A model generated the notes under the pieces. It was given only the letters and a program-made list of their open reading frames with translations. It was not told the DNA's origin and searched no databases. This document shows, in pieces, positions 1 through 13,482 of a stretch of DNA of 64,000 nucleotides. The position numbers were made by a program, and so were the translations under genes. This DNA is from Felis catus. Lineage: Eukaryota. Every line of letters starts with the position of its first letter. The stretch's first letter is position 1. The stretch spans positions 119,908,001-119,972,000 of the forward strand of contig NC_058368.1 in assembly GCF_018350175.1 (NCBI RefSeq), in the 5' to 3' direction.

Positions 1-30
1 TGTTCTCTCTCAAAATAAATAAAATTAAAA
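1..30 (+). mobile_element. 3' tail of a Can-SINE cut by the window edge
   Basis: ctctctcaaaataaataaaattaaaa, the typical CT tract plus A-rich tail. Confidence 0.7.
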
Positions 31-1737
31 TTTTTTTTCACCTAATTCAAACATGTATGGAACCCTAACGAAGTTGCTAGACCACTTGTTTTCTACTGCT
101 GTGATTATTTTTTATCTGTCATTTAAGAATGAGTAGAAAACAGCATATGAAGTAGCATCCAGCTTTTCTGAGTTCCCAAGTTGACTGTGATAAGTTCCTC
201 CTGTTTCTGCTATGTTTTATTCCTTTGTTCTTTCTCGTGTGCCTGGTAGAGTTAACATGTCTACAATAATGATGATGGTTGAAGTCCTTAAAACTTTGTC
301 TTTCTCGCTCTAGCTACTGCATCGTGCCCTATTGCTTATGAAAAACCATGTGGTGGTATGCATTATTTTCTTGTCAATGTAGCCTCTGTCATGGGGCTTT
401 TCAGATAATGCATTCTGCCGAGTAAGAGCCTGTCAGTGGACACAGCTGCCTCTGTGTGTCGTGTTATCATCTGCTGATTATGCTGGCCCTGAAAGAATGT
501 GGGAAGTGGGTCTCGCCATCCACCGATATCACCAGCAGACAGAGCCCGCAGCTCTACTAATCTGTGAAATTGCTTCCCACTTTCCAGCACACTAAAAGCT
601 AATTGCTTTCTTCAATGAAACAAAACTATCCACTGAGCCAGTTTGTTGAGCCGAGAGGTTACTCACCTGTGGTGGTCCGCTTATCTCTGGGAAATAAGAA
701 ATGTTAAAGAAGTGTTTACTATTTGGATGTAATTAACCTTAAAGATCAAGCTTATCATCTGGGGATCTTTACCTTTATGGACAATCTTTGTGCCTTATTT
801 TAATACTTGAAATCCACTCCCCAGCTGAGAAGTGATTTCCCTTTACTTGATATTAAAGCAGTCATATATTTATGGTTGATGCAAGAATAAATAGCTAAGT
901 TGATTATATTTTGCAGACAATATAATAATATTCCCGAATGTAATATTCAGTATTTGGACATTAAATGAGGGAGGGATGTATAGCTCATGGAATACTATTG
1001 CTGATGTAAATTATGGTAATCTTTCTCAAAGGCCAGAGAGAAGATTAGGTCACATTGGCCCCATACTTCATCTCGTTTACTTACACCCCTGTTTTTCAAT
1101 CAGTGTCTATTTAATGCTATTCATTATACCATTTTTGGGTATGGTACAAGTAGTTAATTGCAACTGGACAAACCTGATGACGGTTTGAAAGAATCACCCA
1201 AAACTAACTCCTTCTTTTCTAGTTGAAGTGATTAGAGTATTGGCCTCAGTACCTAAAATATGTGTCATTAACACAATTAGATCATCGTGGTAGTTACTGT
1301 TCTGCAGGTCACATAAAACACTCTGTTCTGCATTGTTATGTAATGCACGCTGTGGGATGCAACTGAGCAAAAGAGCCTTTAGTCTGAATATCAATACATA
1401 TTTCCTATGATGAAGGCTATTAGCAGGTAGGACCATCCCTGAGCAAATAAGAGGAAAAATCTTTCTGTTATTTCAAAGCAGAACAGGGGAGCATGCAAGG
1501 AAGGCAGCTGAGAGAAGTGTGCTATGGGGGCAGGTGGAGAGATGGCCAGAGGTGAGTATAAAGCAATCTGTGGGCCCATAGTTTTTATGGTTTCTTAAAG
1601 AGATTTTCACAGTATTTACCTACTTTTTGTTTCCAGCTTCATAAAAAATGCTCATTCATTAAAGAAAAATAAAACCCTATGGAATTGTATAAAAGGAAAG
1701 ACTGATAGTTAGCTCCTCACCCTCTCCATTCTCTTGA

Positions 1738-1880
1738 ACAGCTATGACCTTGGCTAATGTGTTTCACCTCTTTGTGACTTGCTTCATTTCCTTATCCATA
1801 AAGCAAAGATAACAGTAGTATCAACCTTGTAGGTTTGTTGTGAGGTTTAAATGAATTAACATATAGAAAGAGTTGCCAGC
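1738..1880 (+). mobile_element. MIR SINE remnant
   Basis: gctatgaccttgg...tttccttatccataaa...gttgtgaggtttaaatga resembles the MIR core. Confidence 0.65.
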
Positions 1881-1979
1881 ACTGTCATTCCACATTAATG
1901 GATCTGTCTGTTGATCTGGGTTATCTACTATGATATTCCTCCACTAGCTTTTCCCCACACCAATTTATCAGGGGTATCA

Positions 1980-2300
1980 TTTCATATTCTCATGCACAGA
2001 ATAGTCTTGTTCTTTTAAAGTCAACTTTATATTCCAAAATGTGAATGTACTGTAATTATCAGGCCCCTTTGTATAGACATTTACATTATTAACCATTATT
2101 GGACTATTAAAAACAAAACTCTGCAGTAAATATCCTTGTACATGTACCCTTCCATATTACCAGAAAGAGGATTGCTAAGGCATCTATGGATGTAGTTTGA
2201 TAAATATTGGTGATTGTCTTTCAAAACAGTTGAGTTGATTTACACTTCTGTTAATAGTATCAGAGAGTTCCCTTCTTCCCACACTTTTGCCAGCAGTGAT
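1980..2300 (-). mobile_element. Ancient L1 (L1ME/MC-like) 3' fragment
   Basis: Diverged antisense L1 3' motifs (taaatatccttgtacat...gattgcta...ttccccacacttttgccagca). Confidence 0.5.
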
Positions 2301-2914
2301 AGAGGGAATTTTGTTGTGGGATGGTTATTGTTTTTGTGTAATTGTATGCTCACGAGTGCTCTGTGCTGTGTGCGTACCTGTGTATAGTTTTAATTCCATT
2401 CCCTGACACATTGCTTTCAGCCATCCACATACCCAAAGGCCATAGACCAGCTGTGTTTCTAGGTGACTATTTATAGAACTGCTCTGTCTGGCTCCCCACG
2501 GAAACCATTTTGGTTTTAACTAGGTGATGTTGTGCAGATGTGATTCCAGAGTGGAAGCTGTCCAAGCCTTGACTCTAATCTTCCTCTCTGTTGGGCTAAA
2601 GCTAAAGTTCTGTGCGGCTTTAAGGAGTGTTTACATATTGAGTAGTGGAAATAGAGTTGACTGCCAACCACCTATTACGATTATCTGGTTCCCTGAATAT
2701 CTCTTGCACTGTTCTTCCATAGTGTTGAAAATTCTCCCCTTAGGATTTGATTTTTAGGAAGCATATGAAAAACTTTGCACTTTTATTTTATTCCTGTGTC
2801 CTCATATTAAAAAGTCTATTGTTTGTAGCTTAGGGAATTGGCATCATGGAAAGAAAGCTGATCTTGGGATCAGAAAACCTAGATTCTAGTCCAAGGATAA
2901 CAGATAAAGTGACT

Positions 2915-3035
2915 AGAGGTCTGGATCCAAATTCCACTCTGCCAAATACTTCCTAGGCAATATGGGGCAGAATATTTAACTTTTTAAAGATTTAGTTTCT
3001 TTCTGCATAAGATGGTTATAATAATATTTCCTATT
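2915..3035 (+). mobile_element. MIR remnant
   Basis: ctggatccaaattccactctgcc...ggcagaatatttaac...agtttctttctgcataagatgg. Confidence 0.55.
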
Positions 3036-3353
3036 GGTATCAATCAACATTCCTATTTGTAGATAATACAAATTTATTCTAGATGTTTTAAGCCAAAGGG
3101 CATTTACTGTAAGAATTTCACCATGACTTCTCAGATAAACAGAAGGGTACAGGTTCAGTTCTAGGAAACAAGCAAAATTTCAGCCTTTTGGGAGGCTAGG
3201 CCACAGGCAAAATCTCGCTAGGGTACTCCATCTGTAACAGGAGAATGTGGACCACTTGACATTTAAGGTATCTAACAATGCCAAAACACTAAGAATGAGA
3301 TTCAGGAGAAGGCAGAGAGAGTCTGGCGGGAAATGGTAGAGCATGGCCTAGAG

Positions 3354-3686
3354 TTTATTGCCCGATAAGATTGGCACCAGCCACATAGGGGTGTTGAGCA
3401 CTTGACATGAGGCTAGTCTGAATTGGGATGAGCTGTATGAGTAGAATAAACAGTGTATTTCAGAGTCCTCAGAAAGAAAGAATATGAAGTATTCTAATAA
3501 TAATTTTTAAAATATTTAATTACATGTTGAAATGATATTATATATATATACAAATATATGTTAGGTTAAATAAAATATATTATTAGAGTTAATTCCACCT
3601 ATTTCTCTTTACTTTTTTTAATGTGGAGGTTAGAAAATATGAAACTACATTTGTGGTTCACATTATATTTCTATTGACCCTTGCTG
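3354..3686 (-). mobile_element. MER33 (hAT-Charlie non-autonomous DNA transposon), near full length
   Basis: Matches the MER33 consensus along its length; 8-bp TSD gcctagag (3346-3353) / ggctagag (3687-3694), close to the hAT NTCTAGAN target. Confidence 0.8.
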
Positions 3687-3769
3687 GGCTAGAGCAGGTA
3701 TATGGTTGAGCCCTCTGGAAACAGTTTAATGTTCTTTGATCCCCACATTAGTTAATTTATTTTCATTTT

Positions 3770-4290
3770 CATTTGACAGAGATCCAACTTAATGTGCTCT
3801 TTAAAACAAAAGGGGGTACTTAGAATATTATGGCTCACACATAACTAAACAGTATGGGAATAACCTGTCTTCAGACTTGACTGGATCAAATTGATGTCAT
3901 TACCAATGTGAGGATCCATGTGGATTCTGCGTGTCCATCTCTGTTCTGTTTTCTGCTGTGTTGGCTTCACTCCTCAGCACGTTCTCACTTCATATTAAAG
4001 ACAGTAGTAACATCTATAGCTTTTTACCTCCTAGTCTAGAAGAACGAGAGATGGTCTCATTTCCTCAGTTCCAACAAATCTAGCTTGGGTCATATGCCCC
4101 CACTGCACCAATCACTGTGGCATGGCATATTATGCATTGATTAGACAGGCCTCTCTCCGGGAGGCTCCCTAGAGCACAAGTGGAGACAATCATTTGAAAC
4201 CCGTGTACCAAGAATGAAGGTCACCAAGAAAATAGGTTATCTGTTACCAGACCAAATGTGAATGGCTCTTGGGCAGGGAAAATCAATAAT
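3770..4290 (-). mobile_element. MaLR LTR (MLT1J/K/L-like)
   Basis: ggctcacacataact...tcagacttgactggatc...tgttggcttcactc...gggtcatatgccccca...ccaatcactgtgg...tgattagacaggcc are characteristic MLT1 motifs. Confidence 0.65.
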
Positions 4291-4589
4291 CAAAGGCTGT
4301 CAGAGTAGGAGAGAATTATCTAGTCTTTATCTCATACTCACTGGAGTCATCAGTCCCTAAGTTGTCTTCTTCCACTTCTTGCTCACACACTTTATCCATT
4401 TGGTCCCCATATCATATTAATTTGCCTCTAAAGAGCTACATATAAATACCCCAACTTCCCCTGCCTCTTCAGTAGTTTCCTATATGTTCTTTTTAGTTCT
4501 GATTTCATTTTGCTGAAATCCAAAATCTGTGCTCCCCAATACATCCAAAGTAATTATGTATTTACTTAATTAAAAAAATATTTTTAAAA

Positions 4590-4950
4590 ACCCCACAGAT
4601 ATAGAAAATGGTGCAAAACAGAATTTGTGACAATGAATTATTCTAAGACAAACATTTTTTTTGAAACCACATCCAGGTCAAGAAACAGAACATTGTTAGA
4701 CAATCTAGAAGCACCTTCCATGTGCCCCATTCCAAACACAACTCCTTAGCGCTCTTGTAAGTAAGCACCACCCTGAATTTTATACTAAATATTTCCTGGA
4801 TGTTCTTATGATTATCCCTCCATCACTTCCTTTGACTAACAACTAATGTGTTGAAAATTCAGGCTGTTTGAACTGTGGAATTTCTCAGAGTTTTGGTTGT
4901 GGCTGAACGCAGACACATCATATTATTCAATGTACTTCTCTGTCCTCTGC
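4590..4950 (-). mobile_element. Old L1 (L1MC4/5-like) 3' region, left part
   Basis: accacatccaggtcaagaaacagaacattg; tgttgaaaattcaggctgtttgaactgtggaatttc. Confidence 0.45.
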
Positions 4951-6080
4951 AAATATATTCACTCTGTTGGGAAATTATCACCACATTCTCATCTTAAACC
5001 ATTTTGTCTCCCCTCAAAAGAAACCCTGTACCCATTGGGAATTACTTCAAATGCCAGCCCAGCTCAGCCTGAAGCCATAGGCAACCACTAATCTACTTTC
5101 TGTCTCTATAGATTTACCTATTCTGAACATTTCTTATAAATGTAATCATATACTGTGTTCTGTCGTACTTGATTTCTTTTACTCAGCATATTGTTTTTAA
5201 GGTTCATTCATGTTGGAATAATTCATTAATTTTTAATTATAAATGTTCCTTTGTATGAATTTACGAAATTTTGTTTATGCATTCATCAGTTAATGGATAT
5301 TTGAGTTGTTTTCATTCTTTGGCTATACTGAGTAATGTTGCAGTGAACAGCTATGTACACATTTTTGTGGGGACATATGTTTTAATTACTCTTGCTTATA
5401 TACACCTAGGAGTGGAATTACTATATCACATAGTAACTCTCTGTTTAACTTTTTGAGAAAGTGCCAAAGTGTTTCCCAAATGGCAGCACCATTTTACATT
5501 TCCATCTCTAATTGTACACATTCTTGCTAACATTTATTATCATATGACCTTTTGATTACTAGGCGTGAAGTAATACCTCATTATAGTTTTCACTTATATT
5601 CTTTTTTATGCATTTACTATGTGTAGATCATCTTTGGAAGAATGTCTATTCAAATTCTTCATCCATTTTTTAATTGTGTTACTTACCTTTTTATTACTGA
5701 GTTGTGAGAGTTTTTATATATTCTAGATGTAGCACAAAGTTAATTGTTTTGATGTAGCCCATTTTGTCCTTTTGCTGGTTGTGCTTTTAGTGTCCTATCT
5801 AAGAAACTGTTGCCCAATCCTAGGATAAAAAGGTTTCCTGCTATGTTTAAGAGTTTTATATTTTTAGCTTTTACATTTAGGTCTATCACTCATTTTGAGT
5901 TATTTTTGTATATAGTATGAGATAGGAGTCCAACTACGTTATTTTGCTTGTGGATATGTAGTTGTCTCAACACTATTTTTTTGTTATTGTTTCATATCAG
6001 TTGTCTTGATACCCTTATAAATCAACAAATATAAAGATAAGATTTTATTTATGTACTTCCAGTTTTAATCTATTAATTTA

Positions 6081-6280
6081 TTTAAATTTTTTTTTGACAT
6101 TTTTTTTTTTGAGAGACAGAGCAGAGAAGGGACAGAAGGAGAGGGGGAGAGAATCTCAAGCAGGCTCCGCACTGGCAGCATGGGGCCCAGATGTGAGGGT
6201 CAGGTTCATGAACTGCAAGACATGACCTGAGCGGAAACCAAGAGTTGTATGCTTAATCAGTTGAGCCACCCAGGAGTTCC
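6081..6280 (-). mobile_element. Can-SINE
   Basis: tRNA-like head, GA tract, T tail; TSD aatc(t/c)attaattta at 6067-6080 and 6281-6294. Confidence 0.92.
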
Positions 6281-7940
6281 AATCCATTAATTTAAATGTC
6301 TATCCTTTGTACTACCTACACCATCTTGTAGCAAGTTTGAAATAAGGACGTATGAATCTTCCAACTTTGTTCTTTTCAATATTGCTTTGCTTATTCTGAG
6401 CCCCATCCACTTCCACATGAAGTTTTAGATTGCTTGCCAATTTCTGGAAAAAAAAAATCCCATCTGGGATTTTGATAGGGATTGCATTGAACCTGTAGAT
6501 TGATTTGCAGAGTATTGTTATCTTAATAATATTAAGGCTTCCATCTATAAACATTTTAACATATCATTAAAGAAGAATATTTAGATATTCTTTAGTTTCT
6601 TTCAACAAATTGTGTAGTTTTTAGTATCTCAGCCTTACACTTCTTTTGTTAAATTTATATCTAAATGTTTTATTCTTATTGGTGCTACTGCAAATGAAAT
6701 TATTTCCTTACTTTAATTTTTGGATGTTCATTGCTACTGTATGAGAATGCAATAGATTTTTGTGTATTGATCTTATATCCTGATACATGGCTGAACTTGT
6801 TTATTGGGCCCACCATGTTTTGTTTTGTTTTGTTTTGTTTTGTTTCTGGATTCTTTAAATTTTTTTATACAAACTCATGGCCCTATTGCCCTGCCTAGAA
6901 CTTCCAGTACATGTTGAATAAGATGTGAAAGTTTAAATCCTTGTCTTTTTCCTGATCTTAGGGAGAAAGCATTTACTTTTAACCATTAAGTAGGATGCTA
7001 GCTATCATATTTTTTTTGTTTTTTGTAAATGCCCTTTATCATGAGGAAGCTACTTTTCTAATTTGTAGAACATTTCTACCATAAAAAGGTATTGAATTTT
7101 ATCAAATGGTTTTCTGTATCTATTGAGATGATCAGATGGTTTTTATCCTTAATTCTATGAAATGATTTATTATATTGATGTTTGCATGTTAAACAAAATT
7201 TGCATTTCTGGGGTAAATCTTTATTGGTTGTAGTACATAATTCTTCTTTACATGTTGCTGGATTCCGTTTGCTAATAATTTCTTGAGGCTTTTTGCATCT
7301 GTATTTTAGAGATATTTTCTGTGGTTTTCTTTCCTGTGATATCTTTACCCTGTATCACAGTAATATTGGCCACATAGGTTGTATTAGGAAGTGTCTTCTA
7401 TTTTTGGAAGAGTTTTTGGAGAATTGGTATTAGTTCTTCTTTTAATGTTTGGCACAATTTCTCACAAAGCTATCTTGGCCTGGGCTCTTCTCTGTGGGAA
7501 AATTTTAAGCTAGTAATCCCATCTCTTCACCTGATGTGAACATATTCAGATTTTCTATTGGTTCTTGAGTCAGTTTCAGTAATTAGTGTCTTTTTATGAA
7601 TTTTAAAATTTCATCTAAATTATGTGGTTGTTGGCACATAGTTGTTCAGAGTAAAACATTATAATCCTTTGTTATTTCTGTGATATTGGTAATGGCATTC
7701 TTCCTTTTATTCCTGATTTTAATAATGTGCATCTTCTTTACTGTTTGCTTAGTAGAGCTAAATGTTTGTCAGTTTTGTTGATCTTTTCAAAGATCTTTTG
7801 TTGATCGTTTCAAAGATTTAGTTTTGTTGATTTTCTCTGTTCTAGTCTTTATTATTTCTTATAGCTTTCTTGGGTTTTGTTTGCTCTTTGTTTTCTAGTT
7901 TCTAAAGGTAGAGGCTTAGGTTATTGATTTGTGACCTTTC

Positions 7941-8150
7941 CTTTTTTTTAATTTTTTTACTTATTTTTGAGAGAGAGACAGAGTGTGAGTGAGGGAGGAG
8001 CAGAGAGAGAGGGAGAAACAGAATCTGAAGCAGGCTCCAGCCTCTGAGCTGTCAGCACAGAGCCCGATGTGGGGCTTGAACTCACAAACTGTGAGATTAT
8101 GACCTGAGCTTAAGTTGTATGCTCAACAAACTAAGCCACCCAGGCACCCC
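7941..8150 (-). mobile_element. Can-SINE (SINEC_Fc2-like)
   Basis: gaatctgaagcaggctccag...ctgagctgtcagcacagagcccgat...ccacccaggcacccc. Confidence 0.93.
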
Positions 8151-8159
8151 GTGATTTTC

Positions 8160-8355
8160 TTTTTTCTTTTTTAATGTTTATTTGTTTCTGAGAAAGTACC
8201 AGCAGGGGAGGGGTAGAGAGAGGGTAAGAAGATACTAAGCAGGCTCTGCCCTGACAGCAGTGAACCCGATGTGGCACTCAAACTCACAAACCATGAGATC
8301 ATGACCTGAACCGGAAGTTGGTCGCTCAACCAACTGAGCCACCTAGTTCCAGGCA
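8160..8355 (-). mobile_element. Can-SINE adjacent to the previous copy
   Basis: aagcaggctctgccctgacagc...gagatcatgacctgaaccggaagttgg...ctgagccacc. Confidence 0.9.
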
Positions 8356-9385
8356 AATATACTAACTTTACTTTTATAAAACTCCATTTCCTCCCACCCT
8401 TTTTGTGAGATATCTATTATACACTATACTAATATATACTATTATGTCTATGTATGTTACAAATCCAACAAATGCCTTGTTATAATTTTCAGTTTGCATA
8501 ATCTTATATCTTTTAAAGAACTGAAAGAAGAAAACAAATATATATTTATAGAGTTTGTTATATTAGCCATCTTATTTACCTTTACTGGTTTAATTCATTA
8601 CTGTCTTTGGATGTAAGCTACCATCTGGTTTCATTTTCTTACTACAGTATGGCTTTGTTTTAACCGGTCTCTTCTGTGCTGTTATTGTCAAATACATTAC
8701 ATTTTGTATGTTAAAGGCCCCATGTTACAATCACATTCATATTTTGTATGCAGTTGCTTTTTAAATCAGTCAGGAGAACAAAGGAAATGAAATATATAAT
8801 TATACTTTCTTTTGTAATTACATAGATAATTACCTTTAACAGCATCCTTTGTTTTATCATATGGATTCCAATTACCATCTGGTATCACTTGCTTTTTAAC
8901 ATGAAGAACTTTTTTTAGTTTTTCTGGTAGGGAAGATCTGTTAGCAACAAATTCTCTTGGGTTTTGTTTATTGGTAATGTCTTTATTTTGCCTTCATTTT
9001 AAAAAAGAAATTAGTTTTGCTGGGTATGGGATTCTTTGTTGACAGTTTTTACTTTCAGTACTTTGACTATGTCATCTCACTGCATTCTGACCTCCATTGT
9101 TTCTGATGAGAAGTCCGCTGTTAATCTTATTCAGTTTGTTTGTACATGATGAGTCATTTTTCTCATGCTGCTATCAACATTTTGTCTTTGTCTTTCAACA
9201 CTTTTATTATAATGTATCTTGATTTCAATGTCTGTATTTATCCCTCTTGCAGCTTATTGGAGTTCTTGGATGTGTGATTAATGTTTTTAATTACATTTGG
9301 AAAGATTTCAGCCCTTATTTCCTTAAATAGTTTTTCTGTCCCTTTCTTCTTTCTTTCTAGTACTCCTGTTACACATATTTGGTGT

Positions 9386-9980
9386 CAAGGTAATGAACTG
9401 GTTCCCTGTTCTTCTCCTTTGTGATGAGTTACTTTTTTTTTTTTTAATTATCATTAACTCATGGATTTAAACTAATTTGATGGGTTTAGATATGTTATAA
9501 TTATTATCATTATGAAGCTCAAATTGTTCTCAAATTGTTTGGCCAATGGGAACCTCTTCAATTTGCTGAGTCTTTTTAATACGATTTTCATTTTCATAGT
9601 CATTGATCATTTAGTAGCAATCGGATATCATGAGGTATTCCAAGCTCATCTTGTATATTTCCTATTCCAGACCTAAGATCAGTCTTTTCCAAGAAAGTTT
9701 GGTTTATTTTAATGAGAAACACTATTTCAAGATCACAGTCTGGGTACTAAGAATACTCATTGCCACTGGGGTAGTCATTATTTCTGTGTCTCTTCAGTGG
9801 ACAGAGCTAGAATGCAAATACACATATAAAGATAAAACACCTGATTAATTCCTATTGATACTTACATTACAGATGAAAAACTATAGGGTTTTTATTTAAC
9901 TGTTCTGTAGTATATCTGATCTTCTTTGTTCTGCTTCAAAAATCATGATATATAACCTGTGCATACTATACTCTATTCCT
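9386..9980 (-). mobile_element. Old L1 (L1MC4/5-like) 3' region, right part
   Basis: ttccaagctcatcttgtatatttcctattccagacct...ctcattgccactgggg...tcagtggacagagctag matches the L1MC4/5 3' consensus. Confidence 0.55.
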
Positions 9981-10009
9981 CCTACACTTCCTTAATCTTA
10001 GTTCTACAA

Positions 10010-10632
10010 GGGGATCAGTTAGGGTTTGATAACTGAAGCAGACCTTTCCAAATGATATGGTGTGAGATATGGGTCTTAGGGATTAGGTTTTACATAATTG
10101 TGGAAGCTAATGAAGAAGTCTGTTAAGGCTGTTTCCTCTGATTCTAGAATGTGTAAGTCTGAAGCTGTTATAGATCAGCAGGGAAGAAATAGTATATACA
10201 AAGCAGGGAAAAACAAATAAAAAGTGGAACCCCATAAAGAGAATCTGGGTCTTATGTCTGTTTCTCACTGCCTATAACCCCAACAACATTGGTAATCTGT
10301 AGAAGAGACTGGTGCACTTTGCCAAAGAGTTGCACACATGCTTAACAACACATGACTTAAAGAAGCTAAAGAAAGATGTTTTATTGGAACTGAAGGAGTT
10401 TAAGTTCTGACTGATGGTAGAGACCAACAAGGCTATCCAATAACAACTATATGGTGGGTGAAGCAATAGTAGTACATGGAATCCTCATCTGCCATACACA
10501 GCATAATGGCTTCTCTTTCATTTCTGCTTTCTAATTCTTTTGAAAATTTGTTTTATAGACAGCTTTAATCTAGGAATATATAAGGAAAGGCATTCTGGAA
10601 AGCACAATTCTAGCTAAGCTAAATTGATACAG
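10010..10632. mobile_element. Ancient LTR-like element, family uncertain
   Basis: Composition switches from T-rich L1 to purine-rich; ends in attctggaaagcacaattctagctaagctaaattgataca, similar to old ERVL-type LTR termini. Confidence 0.35.
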
Positions 10633-10639
10633 TAATAAA

Positions 10640-12210
10640 CTGCTTCAAATAAATATGTATTTAATGTTAACCACAAGTCCTAATCTTGACCCCTCTCCAC
10701 TTATTTTGGTTCACTAAATCTTGTTGTATTACAGATTTCCCAGAAAGCTCTCAAGAGAAGACTATCCCTAGTTCTTACACTTGGTAACAGTTTGTGCCAC
10801 TGTTATCTGTAAGTTAGTTTTGCTGGATATAAAATCCTTGGTCTACACTTTCTTTCCTTGAATATCCTAAATTTGATTATTCTTGCATTAAGTATTGCTG
10901 TCAGAAAGTCTGATAATTTAATATTATTTCCCTAAAGAGTCACATGCTCTTTCTTTTTCCTTAAAGTTACTTAGGCATATATGAAATAATTAACTTTTTT
11001 AGATAAACAGATCTTAGCATTTGGTCTATTCCTTGCTTCAGTTTTCTCGTTTAGAAATGCCTATTATCTGATTGTTGATTTTTTGTTTTTGTTTTTTTTT
11101 TTTTGGCCTATCTTCAATATTTATTTGTCACTTTCTCTACAACCCTTTTGATTTCTTTTTTTTAATATTTTTGTAAGTATTTTTATTCCTTTTTATTTCT
11201 AAGACGTTATCTGTTGTATTCTTGCACTCCTGTGATCTTTGCCATTTAGTCTTCATTTAAAAAATTATTTATTCGTTTGTTTATAATTCTTTCATAAATA
11301 CTGTCATCTAAATTCCTAGTCTTTTCTAATTCCAATTTATGTTATCCTTCAGTGTTTTGTATCAGTTTTTCAATGTATTTGAATTCATTTTTAAATAGTA
11401 AATTGTAGTTTTAATCTTTTTTATGTGCATGTCATTCTATAATGCATTTGCTGTCTGTAGGGATGTTATTCTGCTCTTTTTTTTTCTATTTCTTATAATA
11501 CATTTGTATAAAAATCATATTCTCTCACTTAGTCTTCCTTTCTTATATCTTTGTATAGAATTTGAGCTCAACAGTTTTATATTGCTTACCTTTATGTAAA
11601 ATTATCTTTCTTGGCCTTTTAGAATAAGGTGACGTTTATGGATGTTCTAATTTCACAAAATTCCTTTTCTTTTGTTTTAGTATAATGTTCAAAATCATGG
11701 TTGCTACCTTCTGAGATTTCCTGGCTACATTCTCCTTCTCATCTTAGCCCACACTCTCTCCTTTCATCTGTTTTCTATTTCCTTCCTTTCTTCTTCTTTT
11801 TTTTTTTTTTTTTTTCCTACTCCCAGCAATTTCTTCTCAGTAAGAGCCTGTCTTAGAAAGGAATCTAGGTAGGTCAGTAACTAGGGTTTACAGAGGCCAG
11901 ACTGCTTCAGTCTATTCAGTCTATACTGTGGGCCCTCCCCCAGAATTGGGAGGGGCGTGGTCTCAAATGGCGTACTGTGCTTTCAAGTGCATGTGTGTTG
12001 GCTATTTGGGGGGTTCTCCTGTTCTCAAGTCCTTTATGTCCCACCTTGTTGCTTTTTTCCACACAGATACCATTGTCATACAGGCCTTGTAGCTGTAGGT
12101 AATTTGTACCTTCCTATTTGTATTTTTATTTGTTTACTTGAGGGTCTACTTTGTCAGCTAGTTTGGTGATAAATGTTTTCCATGGGTTTTGCTTTTGCTA
12201 TTTTCTTTTG
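10640..12210 (-). mobile_element. Decayed L1 ORF1/5' region or HAL1-like element
   Basis: agttttgctggatataaaatccttgg...tattgctgtcagaaagtctga; strongly T-rich. Confidence 0.5.
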
Positions 12211-12227
12211 TTTCTTGGATTTTATTT

Positions 12228-12313
12228 CATTTCATTTTATTTTATTTTATTCATTTCTTTTAACTTTTATTCATTTTTGAAAGACAGGGACAGAGCATGA
12301 GTGGGGGAGGAGC

Positions 12314-12344
<31 letters not shown>

Positions 12345-12472
12345 ATCTGAAGCAGGCTCCAGGCTCTGAGCTGTCAGCACAGAGCCTGATACAGGACACA
12401 AACTCATGGACTGTGAGATCATGACTTGAGCTGAAGTTGGATGCTTAACCGACTGAGCCACCTAAGGGCCCC
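12228..12472 (-). mobile_element. Can-SINE with expanded (GA)n and T-rich tail
   Basis: Consensus body; TSD ggattttattt at 12217-12227 and 12473-12483. Confidence 0.93.
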
Positions 12473-13191
12473 GGATTTTATTTTATTTTTTAGCTTTATT
12501 GAGACATAATTGACAAATAAAATTATAAGATACTTAAAGGACACGTCATAATGATTTGATATATGTATATATTGTGAAAGGATTGCTTCCATCTAGTTAA
12601 GTAACACATCCATTTTCTCACTTTTTTTTTTGGTGAGGGAGAACATTCAAATTCTACTCTCTTAGTAAATTTCACTTACATAGTACATTCAGTGTTATCA
12701 ACAATAGTCACTATGTTACAAATTAGATCCTCAGGCTTTATTTATCTTATAGCTAAAAGTTAATGCCCATTTACCAACTTCTTCTTCCCTACCCCACCCC
12801 TAGCCCTTAGTTACCACTTTCCTATTCTCTGTTTCTAGGTGTTTAACTTTTTTGGATTTTGTATATATGTGATACCATGTAGTATTTGTCTTTCTCTGCC
12901 TGACTTAATTCACTTAGTACAACGTCTTCAAGGTCCATCCATGTCGTCACAAACAGAAGAATTTCCTTCTTTCTCATGGCTGAGTAATACTCTGTTATAC
13001 GTATATGTCATATATATCATTTTCTTTATTCATACATTGGTGGACACTCAAGTTGTTTCCATATCTTAGCTACTGTGAATAATGGTGCTGTGAACACAGA
13101 AGTGCAGATTTCTCTTCCAGACCCTGATTTCACTCCTTTGGATACATACCCAAAAATGGGGATTGCTAGAGCATATGGTAGTTCTATTTTT

Positions 13192-13306
13192 TTTTTTTTA
13201 ATTTTTTAAAAAATTGATGTGGGACTCAATCCTATGACCCTGGGATCATAACCTGAGCCAAAATCAAAAGTCAGACGTTCAACTGGCTCAGCCACCCAGG
13301 CGCCCC
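13192..13306 (-). mobile_element. Short Can-SINE lacking the CT tract
   Basis: tRNA-like head plus tail only; 20-bp TSD catatg(g/a)tagttctattttt at 13172-13191 and 13306-13325. Confidence 0.9.
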
Positions 13307-13482
13307 ATATGATAGTTCTATTTTTAACTTTTTAGGAATCTCCATACTATACTATTTTCCATAGTGGTTGTATCAATTTACTTCTCAACAGCAGTGCACA
13401 AGAGTTAACTCTTGTCCACATGTTTGCTAGTGCTTATTCTCTTTTGTCTTTTTGATGGTGGACATTTTAAAAGGTGTGAGGT

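Larger units (their letters stand above)
4951..9385 (-). mobile_element. Long decayed L1 (L1MB-like): 3' UTR, ORF2 remnant and upstream region, antisense to KCTD16
   Basis: 3' UTR motif ggcaaccactaatctactttctgtctctatagattt; ORF2 remnant at 6312-6554 translates ...IYRFNAIPIKIP...; T-rich throughout; interrupted by three Can-SINEs. Confidence 0.85.

Noticed and set aside
6312-6554. L1 ORF2-like peptide as a functional gene
   Set aside because: Fragment of a heavily mutated L1 with stops and frameshifts on both sides.
7781-7835. Short tandem near-repeats (ttttgttgatc.tttcaaagat)
   Set aside because: Local slippage duplication inside a decayed L1; no spacers; not CRISPR-like.
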